This document shows, piece by piece, positions 27,863 through 38,648 of a stretch of 64,000 nt of DNA (position 1 is its first letter; each line of letters opens with the position of its first letter). A program made the translations under genes and the position numbers. A model generated the notes under the pieces. That model saw only the letters and a program-made list of their open reading frames with translations, was not told the origin of the DNA and did no database searches. The stretch is from Chloroflexota bacterium (GTDB lineage: Bacteria; Chloroflexota; Anaerolineae; B4-G1; SLSP01): contig DAIUDK010000009.1 in assembly GCA_036845725.1 (NCBI GenBank), positions 394-64,393 on the forward strand, read 5' to 3'.

Positions 27863-28834
27863 TCAGACGTTCTCCACGGCCTCGACTTCTTCGGTCATGT
27901 CCGTCCAGAACCCCTTGATTTGTAGTTGTTCGATCAACTCATCCAGCGACTTTTCACCAAAGTTGCGGATGGACAACATCGCATCCCGGCCCCGCGTGAT
28001 CATTTCCAACACCTCACCAACGTTGGAAATCCCGGTACGCTTGAGGGCGTTGTAGACACGCACGCCCAGCCCCAGATCTTCGATCGGAACTGCATAGGCC
28101 TGATACGGGATAGCCTCTTTCTGAATGTCCGAGACCGCTTCGACTTCCTCTTCAATTTCGGCGCCGGCGATCAGACGCAGATGCGTCACCAGAATTCGCG
28201 CCGACTCTTTGAGGGCGTCCAAAGGTGCGATCCGGCCATCCGTCCAGATGTCGACAATCAGACGGTCGTAGTTGGTCAATTGCCCCACGCGCGCCTGATC
28301 GACACGGAAGTTCACACGGCGAACCGGACTAAAGATCGCATCGACCGGCAGCACGCCGATCGGCATCCGGCCACGTCCCTCGGAAGGCATATAGCCACGC
28401 CCTTCCTCGACCGTGAACTCAAAATCCAGATGCGCCTCGTCGTTGTCCACAGTAAACAGGTACAGATCAGGGTTCAGGATTTCAATTTCCGGCGGGGCGA
28501 TAATGTCCCCGGCGGTGACCACACCCGGCCCTTCGATCCGCAACGTCATATACTGCGGGCCTTCGCCCTCCAGCGAAAGGCGAATCTGCTTCAATCTGAG
28601 CATGACCTGAATCACATCCTCCCGCACGCCTGGAATGGCGGAGAATTCGTGCGGGATGTCGGTGACTCGCACAGCGGTGATGGCGGCGCCCTCCAGCGAC
28701 GATAACAACACGCGTCGCAGGGAATTGCCCAACGTCACCCCATAGCCGCTCTCCAGCGGGCCGACTACATAACGGCCATACTGTTGAGTATTGACCTCCA
28801 CTTCAACTTTCGGCAGAACTGGTGCTGCTAACAC
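27863..28834 (-). CDS. rpoA: DNA-directed RNA polymerase alpha subunit
   Basis: NTD LESGYGVTLGNSLRRVLLSSLEGAAITAVRV; CTD helix-hairpin-helix region. Confidence 0.9.
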   Translation of the reverse strand: MLAAPVLPKVEVEVNTQQYGRYVVGPLESGYGVTLGNSLRRVLLSSLEGAAITAVRVTDIPHEFSAIPGVREDVIQVMLRLKQIRLSLEGEGPQYMTLRIEGPGVVTAGDIIAPPEIEILNPDLYLFTVDNDEAHLDFEFTVEEGRGYMPSEGRGRMPIGVLPVDAIFSPVRRVNFRVDQARVGQLTNYDRLIVDIWTDGRIAPLDALKESARILVTHLRLIAGAEIEEEVEAVSDIQKEAIPYQAYAVPIEDLGLGVRVYNALKRTGISNVGEVLEMITRGRDAMLSIRNFGEKSLDELIEQLQIKGFWTDMTEEVEAVENV

Positions 28835-28851
28835 GTTGCCTCCTGTCTGCT

Positions 28852-29490
28852 TTAGCGTGAGTAGAATTCGACGATCAACTGCTCTTCCACCGGCACATCG
28901 ATTTCTTGACGCGTCGGCAACACCAACATACGCCCATCCAAGGTCTCTACATCGAAGCTCAACCAGGCCGGCACCTCACGTTTGCCGAGCAGGTCTTTGC
29001 GTTCTTTGAAGTACTTGGCGCGCCGACTTTCTGGCCGCACCCCCACCAAGTCGTTGGGGCGTACCAGGAAAGACGGGATATTCGTCTTGCGACCGTTGAC
29101 CGTGAAATGACCGTGCGTCACCAACTGCCGCGCCTGAGCGCGAGAGTCAGCCAGGCCCAACCGATAAACGATATTGTCCAGCCGGCTTTCCAGCACGGCT
29201 AATAAGTTCTCACCCGTCAGCCCCGGGCGCTGCTGCGCCTCATGGTAATAACGACGGAACTGGCGCTCCAGCACGCCGTAAATCCGGCGCGCCTTTTGCT
29301 TTTCGCGCAACTGCATGGCATAGTCAGACAATTTGCGCCGGCGAAAAGCAGTTTCTTTCCCATGCTGGCCGGGCGGATAAGCACGCCCCTCAAAAGGACA
29401 CTTTTCAGTATAGCATTTGTCACCTTTGAGATAAAGCTTGACCCCTTCACGCCGGCACTGCTTGCACGAAGGCCCTATATTTCTTGCCAT
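28852..29490 (-). CDS. rpsD: 30S ribosomal protein S4
   Basis: [32 protein letters not shown]... Confidence 0.9.
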   Translation of the reverse strand: MARNIGPSCKQCRREGVKLYLKGDKCYTEKCPFEGRAYPPGQHGKETAFRRRKLSDYAMQLREKQKARRIYGVLERQFRRYYHEAQQRPGLTGENLLAVLESRLDNIVYRLGLADSRAQARQLVTHGHFTVNGRKTNIPSFLVRPNDLVGVRPESRRAKYFKERKDLLGKREVPAWLSFDVETLDGRMLVLPTRQEIDVPVEEQLIVEFYSR

Positions 29491-29528
29491 AACCTCTCCT
29501 TATGCCTGCTTCCGACTTTCGTCGACTT

Positions 29529-29933
29529 TTATACGCGCCGCTTCTTGGGCGGGCGACACCCATTGTGCGGAATAGGCGTCGTATCTACGATCGAACGCAC
29601 ACGCAGCCCAACGGCCGCCAGCGCGCGCAGTGAAGCCTCACGACCAGGGCCAGCGCCCTTGACGAACACATCGACTTCTTGCAGACCATCGTTGTCGATG
29701 GCGTCTTTTGCCACTTTCTCTGCGGCCATCCGCGCGGCAAAAGGCGTGCTCTTCCGTGTTCCTTTGAACCCAGAGGCGCCAGCGCTTCCCCAGCGCATCA
29801 CATTACCCTGTTGGTCCGTCACGGTGATGATCGTATTATTGAACGTTGTCTGAATATAGACACAACCGCGAGGCACATTACGCTTGACGCGCCGAACGGT
29901 CTTGCGCGCGGTGCGAGCTGCACGTTTCGCCAT
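29529..29933 (-). CDS. rpsK: 30S ribosomal protein S11
   Basis: [30 protein letters not shown]... Confidence 0.9.
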   Translation of the reverse strand: MAKRAARTARKTVRRVKRNVPRGCVYIQTTFNNTIITVTDQQGNVMRWGSAGASGFKGTRKSTPFAARMAAEKVAKDAIDNDGLQEVDVFVKGAGPGREASLRALAAVGLRVRSIVDTTPIPHNGCRPPKKRRV

Positions 29934-29994
29934 AAAATCCTCCTAGCTCCTTATCCACCACAGACTCATACCTACCACCCCAGGCAGGTTAGGA

Positions 29995-30384
29995 TTACTT
30001 TTTCTTCGAGCCACGGCGACGACCGCGACCGGGAACCGTCTTCTTAGGACCACGCTTGGTACGGGCATTGGTCCGCGTGCGCTGACCACGCACCGGCAAA
30101 TTGCGGCGGTGGCGCAGCCCACGATAAGAGCCAATCTCGACCAGCCGCTTGATGTTCATTTGCACTTCGCGGCGCAGATCACCCTCGACGACATACTCAC
30201 GATCGACAACATCACGAATCGACGCCAGTTCAGCCTCGGTGAGATCCGTATCACGCTTGCTGGGATCAACTCCCGCCTTCTCCAAAATCTCGCCGCTGGT
30301 CTTGCGCCCAATACCGTAGATGTACGTCAGACCGATCTCGATACGCTTATTGCGCGGCAGGTCAATTCCTGCTATACGTGCCAT
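29995..30384 (-). CDS. rpsM: 30S ribosomal protein S13
   Basis: [26 protein letters not shown]...; GAGGAGG RBS. Confidence 0.9.
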   Translation of the reverse strand: MARIAGIDLPRNKRIEIGLTYIYGIGRKTSGEILEKAGVDPSKRDTDLTEAELASIRDVVDREYVVEGDLRREVQMNIKRLVEIGSYRGLRHRRNLPVRGQRTRTNARTKRGPKKTVPGRGRRRGSKKK

Positions 30385-30425
30385 ATTTGTTTTCCAGCCT
30401 CCTCAAAATCGACCAAATGGGCAGT

Positions 30426-30539
30426 TTACCCTTGACGCTGCTTATGCTTAGGGTTCTCGCAAATCACACGAATGACCCCACGCCGCTTGATGATTTTACA
30501 CTTCGGACAGCGCCGCTTTACCGATGGTGATACCTTCAT
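30426..30539 (-). CDS. rpmJ: 50S ribosomal protein L36 (not in ORF track; 37 aa)
   Basis: The reverse strand encodes [37 protein letters not shown] with a TAA stop at 30426-30428. Confidence 0.85.
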   Translation of the reverse strand: MKVSPSVKRRCPKCKIIKRRGVIRVICENPKHKQRQG

Positions 30540-30613
30540 GATTCCAACTCCTTCCTAAAAACCATTAGAACCTTCACCAGGCTCATAGCCGGGTAAGATA
30601 CACACGGCTGGTT

Positions 30614-30624
30614 ATTATACCACA
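30614..30624 (-). promoter_or_regulatory. Extended -10 element TGtGGTATAAT (minus strand) overlapping the secY stop; candidate alpha-operon internal promoter
   Basis: Reverse complement of attataccaca; an A-tract lies upstream on the transcribed strand. Confidence 0.4.
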
Positions 30625-30628
30625 TTTT

Positions 30629-31963
30629 TTAGCGCAGGAAGCCCTCGTAGTTACGCATGAGCAATTGCGCTTCCAACTGACGCACGGTATCCATTACCGT
30701 ACCTACAACGATGAGCAAGCCCGAACTCTGAATAAGCATCTGATTGGACTCCATAAAGAGTCCCACGATGTAGGGCAACACTGCCACGATCCCCAGGAAC
30801 AACGCGCCAGCCAGGGTGATACGTTTGTAAATCCCCAGGATGTGCTCCTCGGTCTTTTTGCCAGGCCGCACACCAGGGATAAAGCCACCCTGTTTCTGGA
30901 GCATCTCCGGCAGGTTCTGCTGCTCGATCATCACAAACGTGTAAAAGTAAGTCAGCCCAAAGACAGCCAGGAAAAAGAGCGGCGCATACCAGACACTTTC
31001 TCCGCCAAAGAAGCCCACGACTTTCTCTGCAAACGTCCTGACGCCCGCATTGGTACTGCCCAGGAAGAACTGCGCGATGACCGCCGGGAAGGCCAAAATG
31101 GACTGTGCGAAGATCAACGGAATCATGCCGGCGGTATTGATCTTCAACGGGATGTAGGTGCTGCCGCCCCCGTAGACTTTCATACCGCGCACGCGCTTCC
31201 CGTACTGGACTTTGATCCGCCGTTCGCCATCCTGAACGAAGACGATGAACAGGATTGTGAGCACCATAATCACGACGTAGACCAGGATGCCAAGAATTTT
31301 GTCGGTCTCCCAGATGCTTTGGAAGCTGGCCGGCACGCGCGACACGATACCGCCGAAGATGATCAATGACAGACCGTTGCCGATGCCCTGTTCGGAGATC
31401 AACTCGCCCAACCAGACGGCGAACATCGTGCCAGCCGTCATCGTGACCAACAGTGTGATCGTTGGCAGCGTCGTTGTTGGTCCCCAGCCAAAATTTGGCA
31501 GAATCTGCTGCGTCCCTATGCTCGCCGTGCGGAAGAGCTGCGCCTGACCGAAAGCCGACAGCGCGGCCAAGGGGACGGTCAGATAGAACGTCCACTGGTT
31601 CATCTTGCGCTGGCCTTCTTCACCCTCTTCTTTGATCCGCTGTTCCAACTTCGGGAAGATCGGCAACAAAAGTTGCAAAACGATCTGCGCCGTCACATAC
31701 GGATAGACGCCTGCGGCAAGTATCGAGAAGTTCTGCACCGCCCCACCGGACAACAGGTTCAGGAGATTGGCAAACTGCCCCAACCCTGCCGTCTCACCGC
31801 CGGCCGTAGCCGAGTCAAAAAAAGCCTTGAGCGCCAAACGGTCCACACCAGGAACCGGAATGTTCGACGCCATACGGAAAATCACCAGGATCAGAAGCGT
31901 ATAGAAAATCCGCCGGCGTAGATCTGGGAGTTTGAAAGCATTACGCAGGGCCTCAAGCATCAC
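30629..31963 (-). CDS. secY: Preprotein translocase SecY
   Basis: 10-TM SecY with the typical ...GGVYPYVTAQIV... and C-terminal motifs. Confidence 0.9.
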   Translation of the reverse strand: MMLEALRNAFKLPDLRRRIFYTLLILVIFRMASNIPVPGVDRLALKAFFDSATAGGETAGLGQFANLLNLLSGGAVQNFSILAAGVYPYVTAQIVLQLLLPIFPKLEQRIKEEGEEGQRKMNQWTFYLTVPLAALSAFGQAQLFRTASIGTQQILPNFGWGPTTTLPTITLLVTMTAGTMFAVWLGELISEQGIGNGLSLIIFGGIVSRVPASFQSIWETDKILGILVYVVIMVLTILFIVFVQDGERRIKVQYGKRVRGMKVYGGGSTYIPLKINTAGMIPLIFAQSILAFPAVIAQFFLGSTNAGVRTFAEKVVGFFGGESVWYAPLFFLAVFGLTYFYTFVMIEQQNLPEMLQKQGGFIPGVRPGKKTEEHILGIYKRITLAGALFLGIVAVLPYIVGLFMESNQMLIQSSGLLIVVGTVMDTVRQLEAQLLMRNYEGFLR

Positions 31964-32003
31964 TTGCCTCCATCAGAGTTTAACTCAGATAAGCTCACGG
32001 CGC

Positions 32004-32486
32004 TTAGCGGGTGCGATAACCACCGCGTGTCCACGGCAGCAGCTCCACCACACCACCCACAGCCTCGATCTTGGCCCGCGCCGCAGCCGAGACGCGATGC
32101 GCCGTCACGGTCAAGGGACGATCGACCTCGCCCTCGCCCAACACGACCACCAAATCATCCGCGTGCTTGATCAGCCCGACCTCAGCCAGAGTTTCCGGAG
32201 AAACGACAGCCTGGGCCTCGAAACGCTCAACAATCTGCCCAAGGTTCACCGGCTTGAACGTCATCTTATATGGATTAAAGAATTTGTAACCCCGGACAAA
32301 TGGGATCTTGCGCACCAAGGGCAGTTGTCCACCTTCAAAGTATGGCCCCATTCCCGGACCACTACGTGCCTTTTGTCCTTTTGTACCGCGCCCGGCCGTC
32401 TTACCCTGGCCCGCAGCGATACCACGGCCCTTGCGCTTTCGATCTTTTTTTGTACCCTCAGCGGGCTGCAAATCATGTAACTTCAT
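32004..32486 (-). CDS. rplO: 50S ribosomal protein L15
   Basis: MKLHDLQPAEGTKKDRKRKGRGIAAGQGKTAGRG; GGAGG RBS precedes the ATG at 32484-32486. The longer 32528 start in the track is rejected. Confidence 0.9.
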   Translation of the reverse strand: MKLHDLQPAEGTKKDRKRKGRGIAAGQGKTAGRGTKGQKARSGPGMGPYFEGGQLPLVRKIPFVRGYKFFNPYKMTFKPVNLGQIVERFEAQAVVSPETLAEVGLIKHADDLVVVLGEGEVDRPLTVTAHRVSAAARAKIEAVGGVVELLPWTRGGYRTR

Positions 32487-32499
32487 GGTATCCTCCACC

Positions 32500-32736
32500 C
32501 TATGCCTCGCTGTCCGCCGATGCGTCATTCAATGACGCGTCATCCAATGACGCCACTTCCTCAACGCACAGCAAATGCGAGATCTTGTTCACCATTCCAC
32601 GCACTGCCGGGTTGTCGGGACGTTCCACAACCTGTTGCAGCTTTCGCAATCCCAGCGCCCGCACAGTTTGCTTCTGGCGAATTGAATAGCCAATGGGACT
32701 ACGTACCAATGTAATACGCAACATTTTGGCCATCAC
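32500..32736 (-). CDS. rpmD: 50S ribosomal protein L30 with 17-aa low-complexity C-terminal extension
   Basis: [31 protein letters not shown]...VEEV followed by [17 protein letters not shown]. Confidence 0.85.
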   Translation of the reverse strand: MMAKMLRITLVRSPIGYSIRQKQTVRALGLRKLQQVVERPDNPAVRGMVNKISHLLCVEEVASLDDASLNDASADSEA

Positions 32737-33290
32737 GCACTTCTCCTCCGCCAGAATGGCATCACTTCAGCCACCGGCTTGCCGCGGTCTTTGGCGACTT
32801 CCTCAACCCAGCGCAGTTGACTCAGCGCTTCCATCGTAGCCTGAACGACATTGATGGCCGTGGCGCTACCCTGAGACTTCGTCAACACATCGTGGACTCC
32901 CACAGCCTCCAGCACCGCACGCACGCCACCACCGGCGATCACGCCGGTACCTTTGGTGGCTGGACGCAGCAGCACTTTCGCGCCGCTACAGTTCCCCACA
33001 ACCTCGTGAGGAATCGTCGTACCTTCCAGCGGGATGGTGTGCATCGCACGCCGCGCGCGCTCGGTCGCTTTCCCAATAGCGTCGGGAACTGTGCGTGCCT
33101 TGCCGATTCCCAAACCGACCTGGCCCTTGTTGTCGCCCACAATCGCCACCACCCGGAAGTGGAATGTGCGACCGCCCTTGACAACCTTAGCCACCCGCGT
33201 AATGTCCACTACGCGCTCATCTAGTTCTTCTTGTTCTTCTTCGAATGGTTTACGATCCCGTCGTGAATCCATATCCCGTCGTGACTCCAT
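32733..33290 (-). CDS. rpsE: 30S ribosomal protein S5 with duplicated N-terminal start region
   Basis: [41 protein letters not shown]...; N-terminus [12 protein letters not shown]. Confidence 0.9.
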   Translation of the reverse strand: MESRRDMDSRRDRKPFEEEQEELDERVVDITRVAKVVKGGRTFHFRVVAIVGDNKGQVGLGIGKARTVPDAIGKATERARRAMHTIPLEGTTIPHEVVGNCSGAKVLLRPATKGTGVIAGGGVRAVLEAVGVHDVLTKSQGSATAINVVQATMEALSQLRWVEEVAKDRGKPVAEVMPFWRRRSA

Positions 33291-33331
33291 ATCTCCTCCT
33301 GCCGGACGCGACTAAGGCGCAGCCGTATAAA

Positions 33332-33700
33332 TTAGAAATCCAGACCCGCCTTACGAGCGGCCTCGGCGAGAGCCTTCACGCGACCGTGATATTTATAACC
33401 ACCACGGTCAAACACGACCTTTGTCACCCCTTTTGACAAGGCCCGCTCGGCCAACACTTGCCCCACGACCTGCGCCTGCTTGGTCTTCGGCAGGTCAACA
33501 ACCTGCTCGCGAACTACCTGATCCACCGTAGAGGCTGACGCCAATGTGCAGCCCACGCTATCGTCAATGATCTGCGCATAAATGTGATCCAGGCTTCGAA
33601 AGACACTCAGACGTGGACGTTCTGGCGTGCCATGCACAGTCTTGCGAATGTGCACGCGACGCCGTGCTCGGGCTTTACGACGATCAATTTCCGGTTTCAT
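33332..33700 (-). CDS. rplR: 50S ribosomal protein L18
   Basis: [17 protein letters not shown]... Confidence 0.9.
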   Translation of the reverse strand: MKPEIDRRKARARRRVHIRKTVHGTPERPRLSVFRSLDHIYAQIIDDSVGCTLASASTVDQVVREQVVDLPKTKQAQVVGQVLAERALSKGVTKVVFDRGGYKYHGRVKALAEAARKAGLDF

Positions 33701-33767
33701 CTTTTATTTCACCCTCAGTTCCACGTATTTATTGAATTCAGCGACTACTGAGCCCTGTCAGCAGCAA

Positions 33768-34313
33768 CTACTTAGCCTTGCCGGCCTTGCCGGCCTTGCG
33801 GCGCACAACCTCGCCCTGATAACGGATGCCCTTACCCAGGTAAGGCTCCACAGTACGCCAGGCGCGAATCTCCGCGGCAATGCGCCCCACCACTTCCTTG
33901 TCACACCCTCTGACAGTGATCGTGCTGGTACGCGGGTTGACCTCAAAGGTAATGCCCGGCGGCGGCGTGACGACAACAGAATGGGACAGTCCTAGGTTCA
34001 TCACCAGATTCGTCCCCTGAAGTTCGGCCCGATAACCGGTTCCCAGAACTTCCAAAACTTTGTTATAGCCCTCGTGAACGCCGATCACCATGTTGTTGAT
34101 CAATGCGCGGGTCAGCCCATGTAACGCCCTGACCGTCTGCTCGTCATTGGGGCGCGTGACCTTCACGACACCGTCCTCGAATGCAATCTGCATCCCAGGA
34201 TAGAACTCGCGTGTCAGCTCCCCACGCGGGCCTTTGACTGTCACCGTATTTCCATCAATCTTCACCTGCACCCCAGCTGGGACCGGGACCGGCATCTTTC
34301 CTATCCGTGACAC
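33768..34313 (-). CDS. rplF: 50S ribosomal protein L6
   Basis: GTG start giving MSRIGKMPVPVPAGVQVKIDGNTVTVKGPRGELT after RBS GGGAAGGGAGG. Confidence 0.85.
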   Translation of the reverse strand: MSRIGKMPVPVPAGVQVKIDGNTVTVKGPRGELTREFYPGMQIAFEDGVVKVTRPNDEQTVRALHGLTRALINNMVIGVHEGYNKVLEVLGTGYRAELQGTNLVMNLGLSHSVVVTPPPGITFEVNPRTSTITVRGCDKEVVGRIAAEIRAWRTVEPYLGKGIRYQGEVVRRKAGKAGKAK

Positions 34314-34332
34314 TTTGACCTCCCTTCCCGTT

Positions 34333-34746
34333 CTACCAGATGTAGCAGATGACTTCGCCACCGACATTCAGCCGGCGCGCCTGCTGGCCCGTGATAACAC
34401 CCTTAGGCGTGGAGAGGATCGCAATCCCCATCCCACTGCGCACCCAGGGAATCTCCTTCGCCGTCGTATAAATACGCCGGCCGGGCTTACTCACACGCGT
34501 CAGGTTGGTGATTACAGATCGTTGGTGCTTCACGTCACCCTGATATTTCAACTGAATGACCAGGTTCCGGTGCATGTTCTCATCTGTGACCAATTTATAG
34601 TCTTCGATATACCCTTCATCCTTGAGAATCTTGGCGATTGCCTCTTTGATTTTGGATGCGGGCATCGCAACCGTCGCATGCTTGACCACTAAAGCATTTC
34701 GAACACGTGTCAACATATCGGCAATTGGATCTGAAGTTGTTATCAT
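34333..34746 (-). CDS. rpsH: 30S ribosomal protein S8
   Basis: [18 protein letters not shown]... Confidence 0.9.
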   Translation of the reverse strand: MITTSDPIADMLTRVRNALVVKHATVAMPASKIKEAIAKILKDEGYIEDYKLVTDENMHRNLVIQLKYQGDVKHQRSVITNLTRVSKPGRRIYTTAKEIPWVRSGMGIAILSTPKGVITGQQARRLNVGGEVICYIW

Positions 34747-34758
34747 CGCTCTACTCCA

Positions 34759-34941
34759 TTACCAACTCGACTTGACCAAGCCAGGGATTTTACCCTCTAA
34801 GGCCAACTCACGAACACAAATCCGGCACAAGCCGAAGCGGCGGTAATACCCACGCGGACGTCCACAACGAGAACAACGGTTGCGTACCCGTACCTTGTAC
34901 TTCCGCCGGGTTTCGCGAATCGGCATTGATGTTTTCGCCAT
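34759..34941 (-). CDS. rpsZ: 30S ribosomal protein S14 type Z (zinc-binding)
   Basis: 61 aa; [20 protein letters not shown]. Confidence 0.9.
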   Translation of the reverse strand: MAKTSMPIRETRRKYKVRVRNRCSRCGRPRGYYRRFGLCRICVRELALEGKIPGLVKSSW

Positions 34942-35019
34942 ACCATTACTCCTTCTTAAAAACTCGTTCGCTTACAAGTCCAAAGGCCCCGCCCAAAGGC
35001 GTCGCCCTAAGGTCAACCC

Positions 35020-35556
35020 TTAACGCTGGAAAGGCATCCCGAGCAGTTCTAGGAGGCGCCGGGCCTCTTCGTCGGTTTCTGCCGTGGTGTTAATGGTTAC
35101 TTCAAACCCTCGGATTTTATCGATCTTGTCATAATTGATTTCCGGGAACAACAATTGCTCGCGCAGCCCCAGGGTATAATTGCCCCGCCCATCCAGCTTG
35201 TCGGGCACGCCCCGGAAGTCACGCGTGCGCGGCAGCGCCACATTGAGCAGGCGGCTCAAGAACGCCCACATCTTTTCCCCACGCAGCGTCACCTTGACGC
35301 CGATTGCGCGGCCCTCGCGCAGTTTGAAGTTCGCCACCGACTTGCGCGCTTTGGTGATAACCGGCTGCTGCCCAGTGATCGAGCGCACATCTGCCACGGC
35401 GTACTCCAACGCTTTGGGGTTGTCCAAAGCTTCACCCATCCCGATGTTGATGACAACCTTGCGGATGCGTGGTGCTTGCATCACATTGTCATAACCAAAT
35501 TCCTTGATCAGAGTAGGTGCAATTTCCTCACGATAACGCTTCTGTAACTGTTGCAT
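35020..35556 (-). CDS. rplE: 50S ribosomal protein L5
   Basis: [31 protein letters not shown]... Confidence 0.9.
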   Translation of the reverse strand: MQQLQKRYREEIAPTLIKEFGYDNVMQAPRIRKVVINIGMGEALDNPKALEYAVADVRSITGQQPVITKARKSVANFKLREGRAIGVKVTLRGEKMWAFLSRLLNVALPRTRDFRGVPDKLDGRGNYTLGLREQLLFPEINYDKIDKIRGFEVTINTTAETDEEARRLLELLGMPFQR

Positions 35557-35585
35557 ATCGATCCTCTTCCAGAGCAGGGAACCTG

Positions 35586-35906
35586 CTACTCAATCACCGC
35601 GTCGCACTTGCGGCAAACGCGCACTTTACGCTCATCGACGACGGCATATCCCACGCGCGTAGCCTGGTCACATTTCGGACACACAAGCATCACGTTCGAG
35701 ACGTGGACCGGCGCTTCAAATTGAATCCGCCCGCCCTGCATCTGCGACCGCCCAGCTCGCTGGGCGCTCTGGTGCTTCGTCACGATGTTAACTTTCGAGA
35801 CCACCACGCGATTATCTTTGGCTAAAACTCGCAGTACTTCACCGCGGACGCCCTGATCCTCGCCAGTGATCACTTCAACTGTATCACCCTTTTTTATACG
35901 ATTCAT
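35586..35906 (-). CDS. rplX: 50S ribosomal protein L24 (with C-terminal CxxC...CxxC zinc ribbon)
   Basis: [27 protein letters not shown] domain; CPKCDQ...CRKCDA. Confidence 0.9.
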   Translation of the reverse strand: MNRIKKGDTVEVITGEDQGVRGEVLRVLAKDNRVVVSKVNIVTKHQSAQRAGRSQMQGGRIQFEAPVHVSNVMLVCPKCDQATRVGYAVVDERKVRVCRKCDAVIE

Positions 35907-35927
35907 TTCAATAACCTCATACCGGTC

Positions 35928-36299
35928 CTACAACACTTCGGGCGCCAGAGACACGATTTTCATGAAGCCTTTTTCACGCAACTCACGCGCCACCGGCCCA
36001 AAGATGCGGGTACCGCGCGGATTGACGCCGGACGAGTCCAGAATGATAGCCGCATTGTCGTCGAAGCGAATATAGGAACCATCAGAGCGCCGGTATTCTT
36101 TCGCTACTCGCACGATGACCGCACGGACAACTTCCCCCTTTTTTACCGAGGAAGTGGGCGTAGCGGCTTTCACCGTCGCCACAATGTGGTCGCCGATATA
36201 ACCGTAACGCCGGCGGGAACCACCCAACACATGGATGCACAGGAGTTCCTGTGCGCCCGTATTGTCTGCAACTTTTAACCGCGTTTCCTTTTGTATCAT
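35928..36299 (-). CDS. rplN: 50S ribosomal protein L14
   Basis: [28 protein letters not shown]... Confidence 0.9.
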   Translation of the reverse strand: MIQKETRLKVADNTGAQELLCIHVLGGSRRRYGYIGDHIVATVKAATPTSSVKKGEVVRAVIVRVAKEYRRSDGSYIRFDDNAAIILDSSGVNPRGTRIFGPVARELREKGFMKIVSLAPEVL

Positions 36300-36311
36300 G
36301 GCGACAGCTCC

Positions 36312-36563
36312 TTACGCGGCCCGTTCCACGATTTCTTCGACAGCCCAACGCTTGCGCCGGCTGTAAGGGGATGATTCGACAATCGTGACCCGGTCACCCA
36401 TGCGACAATCGTTGTTTTCATCGTGCGCCATATATTTCTTTACGGCGCGCACAACCTTCTTGTAAAACGGGTGGCGATGGCGCCGTTCCACACTCACGAC
36501 CACGGTCTTGTCCATCTTATCACTGGTCACAACGCCCGTTAAACGACGACGACGTTCTTTCAT
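36312..36563 (-). CDS. rpsQ: 30S ribosomal protein S17
   Basis: [30 protein letters not shown]... Confidence 0.9.
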   Translation of the reverse strand: MKERRRRLTGVVTSDKMDKTVVVSVERRHRHPFYKKVVRAVKKYMAHDENNDCRMGDRVTIVESSPYSRRKRWAVEEIVERAA

Positions 36564-36781
36564 GCCGCTGCTCCTTTCTGCGCCAACCCTGCGACCAACT
36601 CGCGTTCCCGAAGAATCGTCATGACCCGCGCAATGTCTTTACGCACCACGCGCAGTCGATTGTGATCCTCGAGACTGCCGGCATACCATTGCTGCCGCAG
36701 GTTGAACAATTCGCGCCGAGTTTCCTGCAGGCGAAGCCGCAATTCTTCTTCCGTTAATTCTCGTAATTCGTGTGCCTGCAT
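36560..36781 (-). CDS. rpmC: 50S ribosomal protein L29
   Basis: [31 protein letters not shown]. Confidence 0.85.
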   Translation of the reverse strand: MQAHELRELTEEELRLRLQETRRELFNLRQQWYAGSLEDHNRLRVVRKDIARVMTILRERELVAGLAQKGAAA

Positions 36782-36783
36782 GA

Positions 36784-37215
36784 CTAGCTCTCCTGCTCCA
36801 CATCCAAATCCAAGCGGGTGATGACCTGGGTCCTGATCGGCAACTTGTGCGACGCCAACTTCAGCGCCTCTTGTGCCACATCAGTCGGGATCCCCCCGAT
36901 TTCAAACATCACGCGGCCTGGGCGCACGACAGCGACCCACTGATCGACGGCCCCTTTCCCTTTACCCATGCGGGTTTCCGCCGGTTTAGATGTGATCGGC
37001 TTATCGGGGAAAATGCGTATCCAGTACTTACCGCGCCGGCGCATATGACGCACAATAGCACGGCGCGCAGCTTCGATCTGCCGGGCAGTAATCCAGGCGG
37101 GTTCCAGAGCTTGCAGCCCGTAATCGCCAAAGGATACATCCACCCCACGAGATTCTTTGCCCGTTCTGCGCCCACGATGTTGCTTGCGATATTTCACGCG
37201 TTTAGGCATCAACAT
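36784..37215 (-). CDS. rplP: 50S ribosomal protein L16
   Basis: [19 protein letters not shown]... Confidence 0.9.
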   Translation of the reverse strand: MLMPKRVKYRKQHRGRRTGKESRGVDVSFGDYGLQALEPAWITARQIEAARRAIVRHMRRRGKYWIRIFPDKPITSKPAETRMGKGKGAVDQWVAVVRPGRVMFEIGGIPTDVAQEALKLASHKLPIRTQVITRLDLDVEQES

Positions 37216-37267
37216 GGTTCCATCTCCTTAAATATAACAACGTAAACTGCTAACAGTCTCATAAACT

Positions 37268-37951
37268 CTACGCGGCGTCCTCGACGACGGCAGCTTTACG
37301 GGGCAGCACCTCGCCCTTATAAATCCAGACCTTGACGCCGATACGACCGTAACCTGTGAGCGCCTCTTCCTGAGCGTAGTCAATGTCAGCGCGCAACGTT
37401 TGTAGAGGCACTCGACCCTCACGCATCCATTCCCGGCGCGCCATTTCCGCACCAGCCAGACGCCCGCAGCACATCACCTTTATACCTTCGGCACCGGCGC
37501 GTAACGCCTGGCGCACGGCGCGTTTCATCGCGCGGCTGTGGTAGATACGTTTCTCCAACTGCGCGACGATATTTTCCGCCACCAGATGAGCGTCCAGGTC
37601 CGGCTGCTCGACCTCTTGAATATCCACATGCACGCGCTTACCACCGGTCAAGTCTTCGATCTGCTGCCGCAAGACCTTGACATTCTCCCCCTTGCGCCCG
37701 ATCACCACCCCCGGACGTGCCGTCCAGATGATGACCGAGACCTGATTCGGGGGAAAACGTTCGATTTCAACGCGCGAAATGCCACTTTGCCCATCACGAG
37801 CGCGCGTACGCATTTCAGTGACAATCATGTCACGGATTTTGCGATCTTCCGCCAAAAGGTCAGAGTATTCCCGGCCCTCTGCAAACCAGCGAGACTTCCA
37901 ATCGCGGATCACTTTCAAACGAAAACCGTAGGGATGAACCTTGCGTCCCAA
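37268..37951 (-). CDS. rpsC: 30S ribosomal protein S3
   Basis: [24 protein letters not shown]...; KH domain. Confidence 0.9.
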   Translation of the reverse strand: MGRKVHPYGFRLKVIRDWKSRWFAEGREYSDLLAEDRKIRDMIVTEMRTRARDGQSGISRVEIERFPPNQVSVIIWTARPGVVIGRKGENVKVLRQQIEDLTGGKRVHVDIQEVEQPDLDAHLVAENIVAQLEKRIYHSRAMKRAVRQALRAGAEGIKVMCCGRLAGAEMARREWMREGRVPLQTLRADIDYAQEEALTGYGRIGVKVWIYKGEVLPRKAAVVEDAA

Positions 37952-37969
37952 AATAGCCTCCTTCCCAAA

Positions 37970-38329
37970 CTACTCTGGAAGCCGTTCTTCAAGAACGACC
38001 GTGATATGCGATGAACGTTTGCGGATTGGGCGATAGCGCCCACGACTTCCCCAGCGCGCTCGCCAACCCTTGCCGGGCATCCGACCTGACCCTTCATCAG
38101 CTGTAAGCCGGACAATATACAAACTCTCGGTATCCAACCCCATCTCATCGGCGTTCGCCACTGCGGAACGGATCACTTTGTAGACCGGGTCCGTCGCTGC
38201 GTGGGGCATCACCCGCAGCGCATCCAGCGCCGCCTGCGCCGCCATACCCCGTAAAGGCGCAAGGATGCGACGCACCTTCATCGGCGATATGGGGATATGC
38301 TTAGCTATCGCGTGTACAGTTTCAGCCAT
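37970..38329 (-). CDS. rplV: 50S ribosomal protein L22
   Basis: MAETVHAIAKHIPISPMKVRRI... Confidence 0.9.
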   Translation of the reverse strand: MAETVHAIAKHIPISPMKVRRILAPLRGMAAQAALDALRVMPHAATDPVYKVIRSAVANADEMGLDTESLYIVRLTADEGSGRMPGKGWRARWGSRGRYRPIRKRSSHITVVLEERLPE

Positions 38330-38349
38330 TAGTCTTTACCTCATTCCCC

Positions 38350-38634
38350 TTACCGTGCAACCCGGCCCTTTTTCTCTTTCGTGATGTGACCACGGAACGT
38401 CCGCGTGGGCGCAAACTCTCCCAGGCGATGTCCTACCATGTTCTCCGTCACGTAGATTGGAACGTGTCGCCGGCCATCGTGGACCGCGATAGTGTGTCCC
38501 ACCATCTGCGGGAAGATCACGGAGGCGCGCGACCACGTGCGCAGCACGCGCTTCTGCCCGCTGCGATTCATCTCTTCGACTTTCTTGAGCAGCTTCGGGT
38601 TGACATAAGGTCCTTTTTTCAAAGAACGCGACAT
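38350..38634 (-). CDS. rpsS: 30S ribosomal protein S19
   Basis: [23 protein letters not shown]...[11 protein letters not shown]. Confidence 0.9.
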   Translation of the reverse strand: MSRSLKKGPYVNPKLLKKVEEMNRSGQKRVLRTWSRASVIFPQMVGHTIAVHDGRRHVPIYVTENMVGHRLGEFAPTRTFRGHITKEKKGRVAR

Positions 38635-38648
38635 TCTCTCTACCTCCC

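Noticed and set aside
32487-32528. Apparent overlap of rpmD with a long rplO ORF
   Set aside because: L15 starts at the MKLHDL ATG (32484-32486), preceded by GGAGG; no real overlap.
35586-35906. L24 with C-terminal CxxC...CxxC as a novelty
   Set aside because: Zinc-ribbon-bearing L24 is known in Thermus-type and related lineages; not novel.
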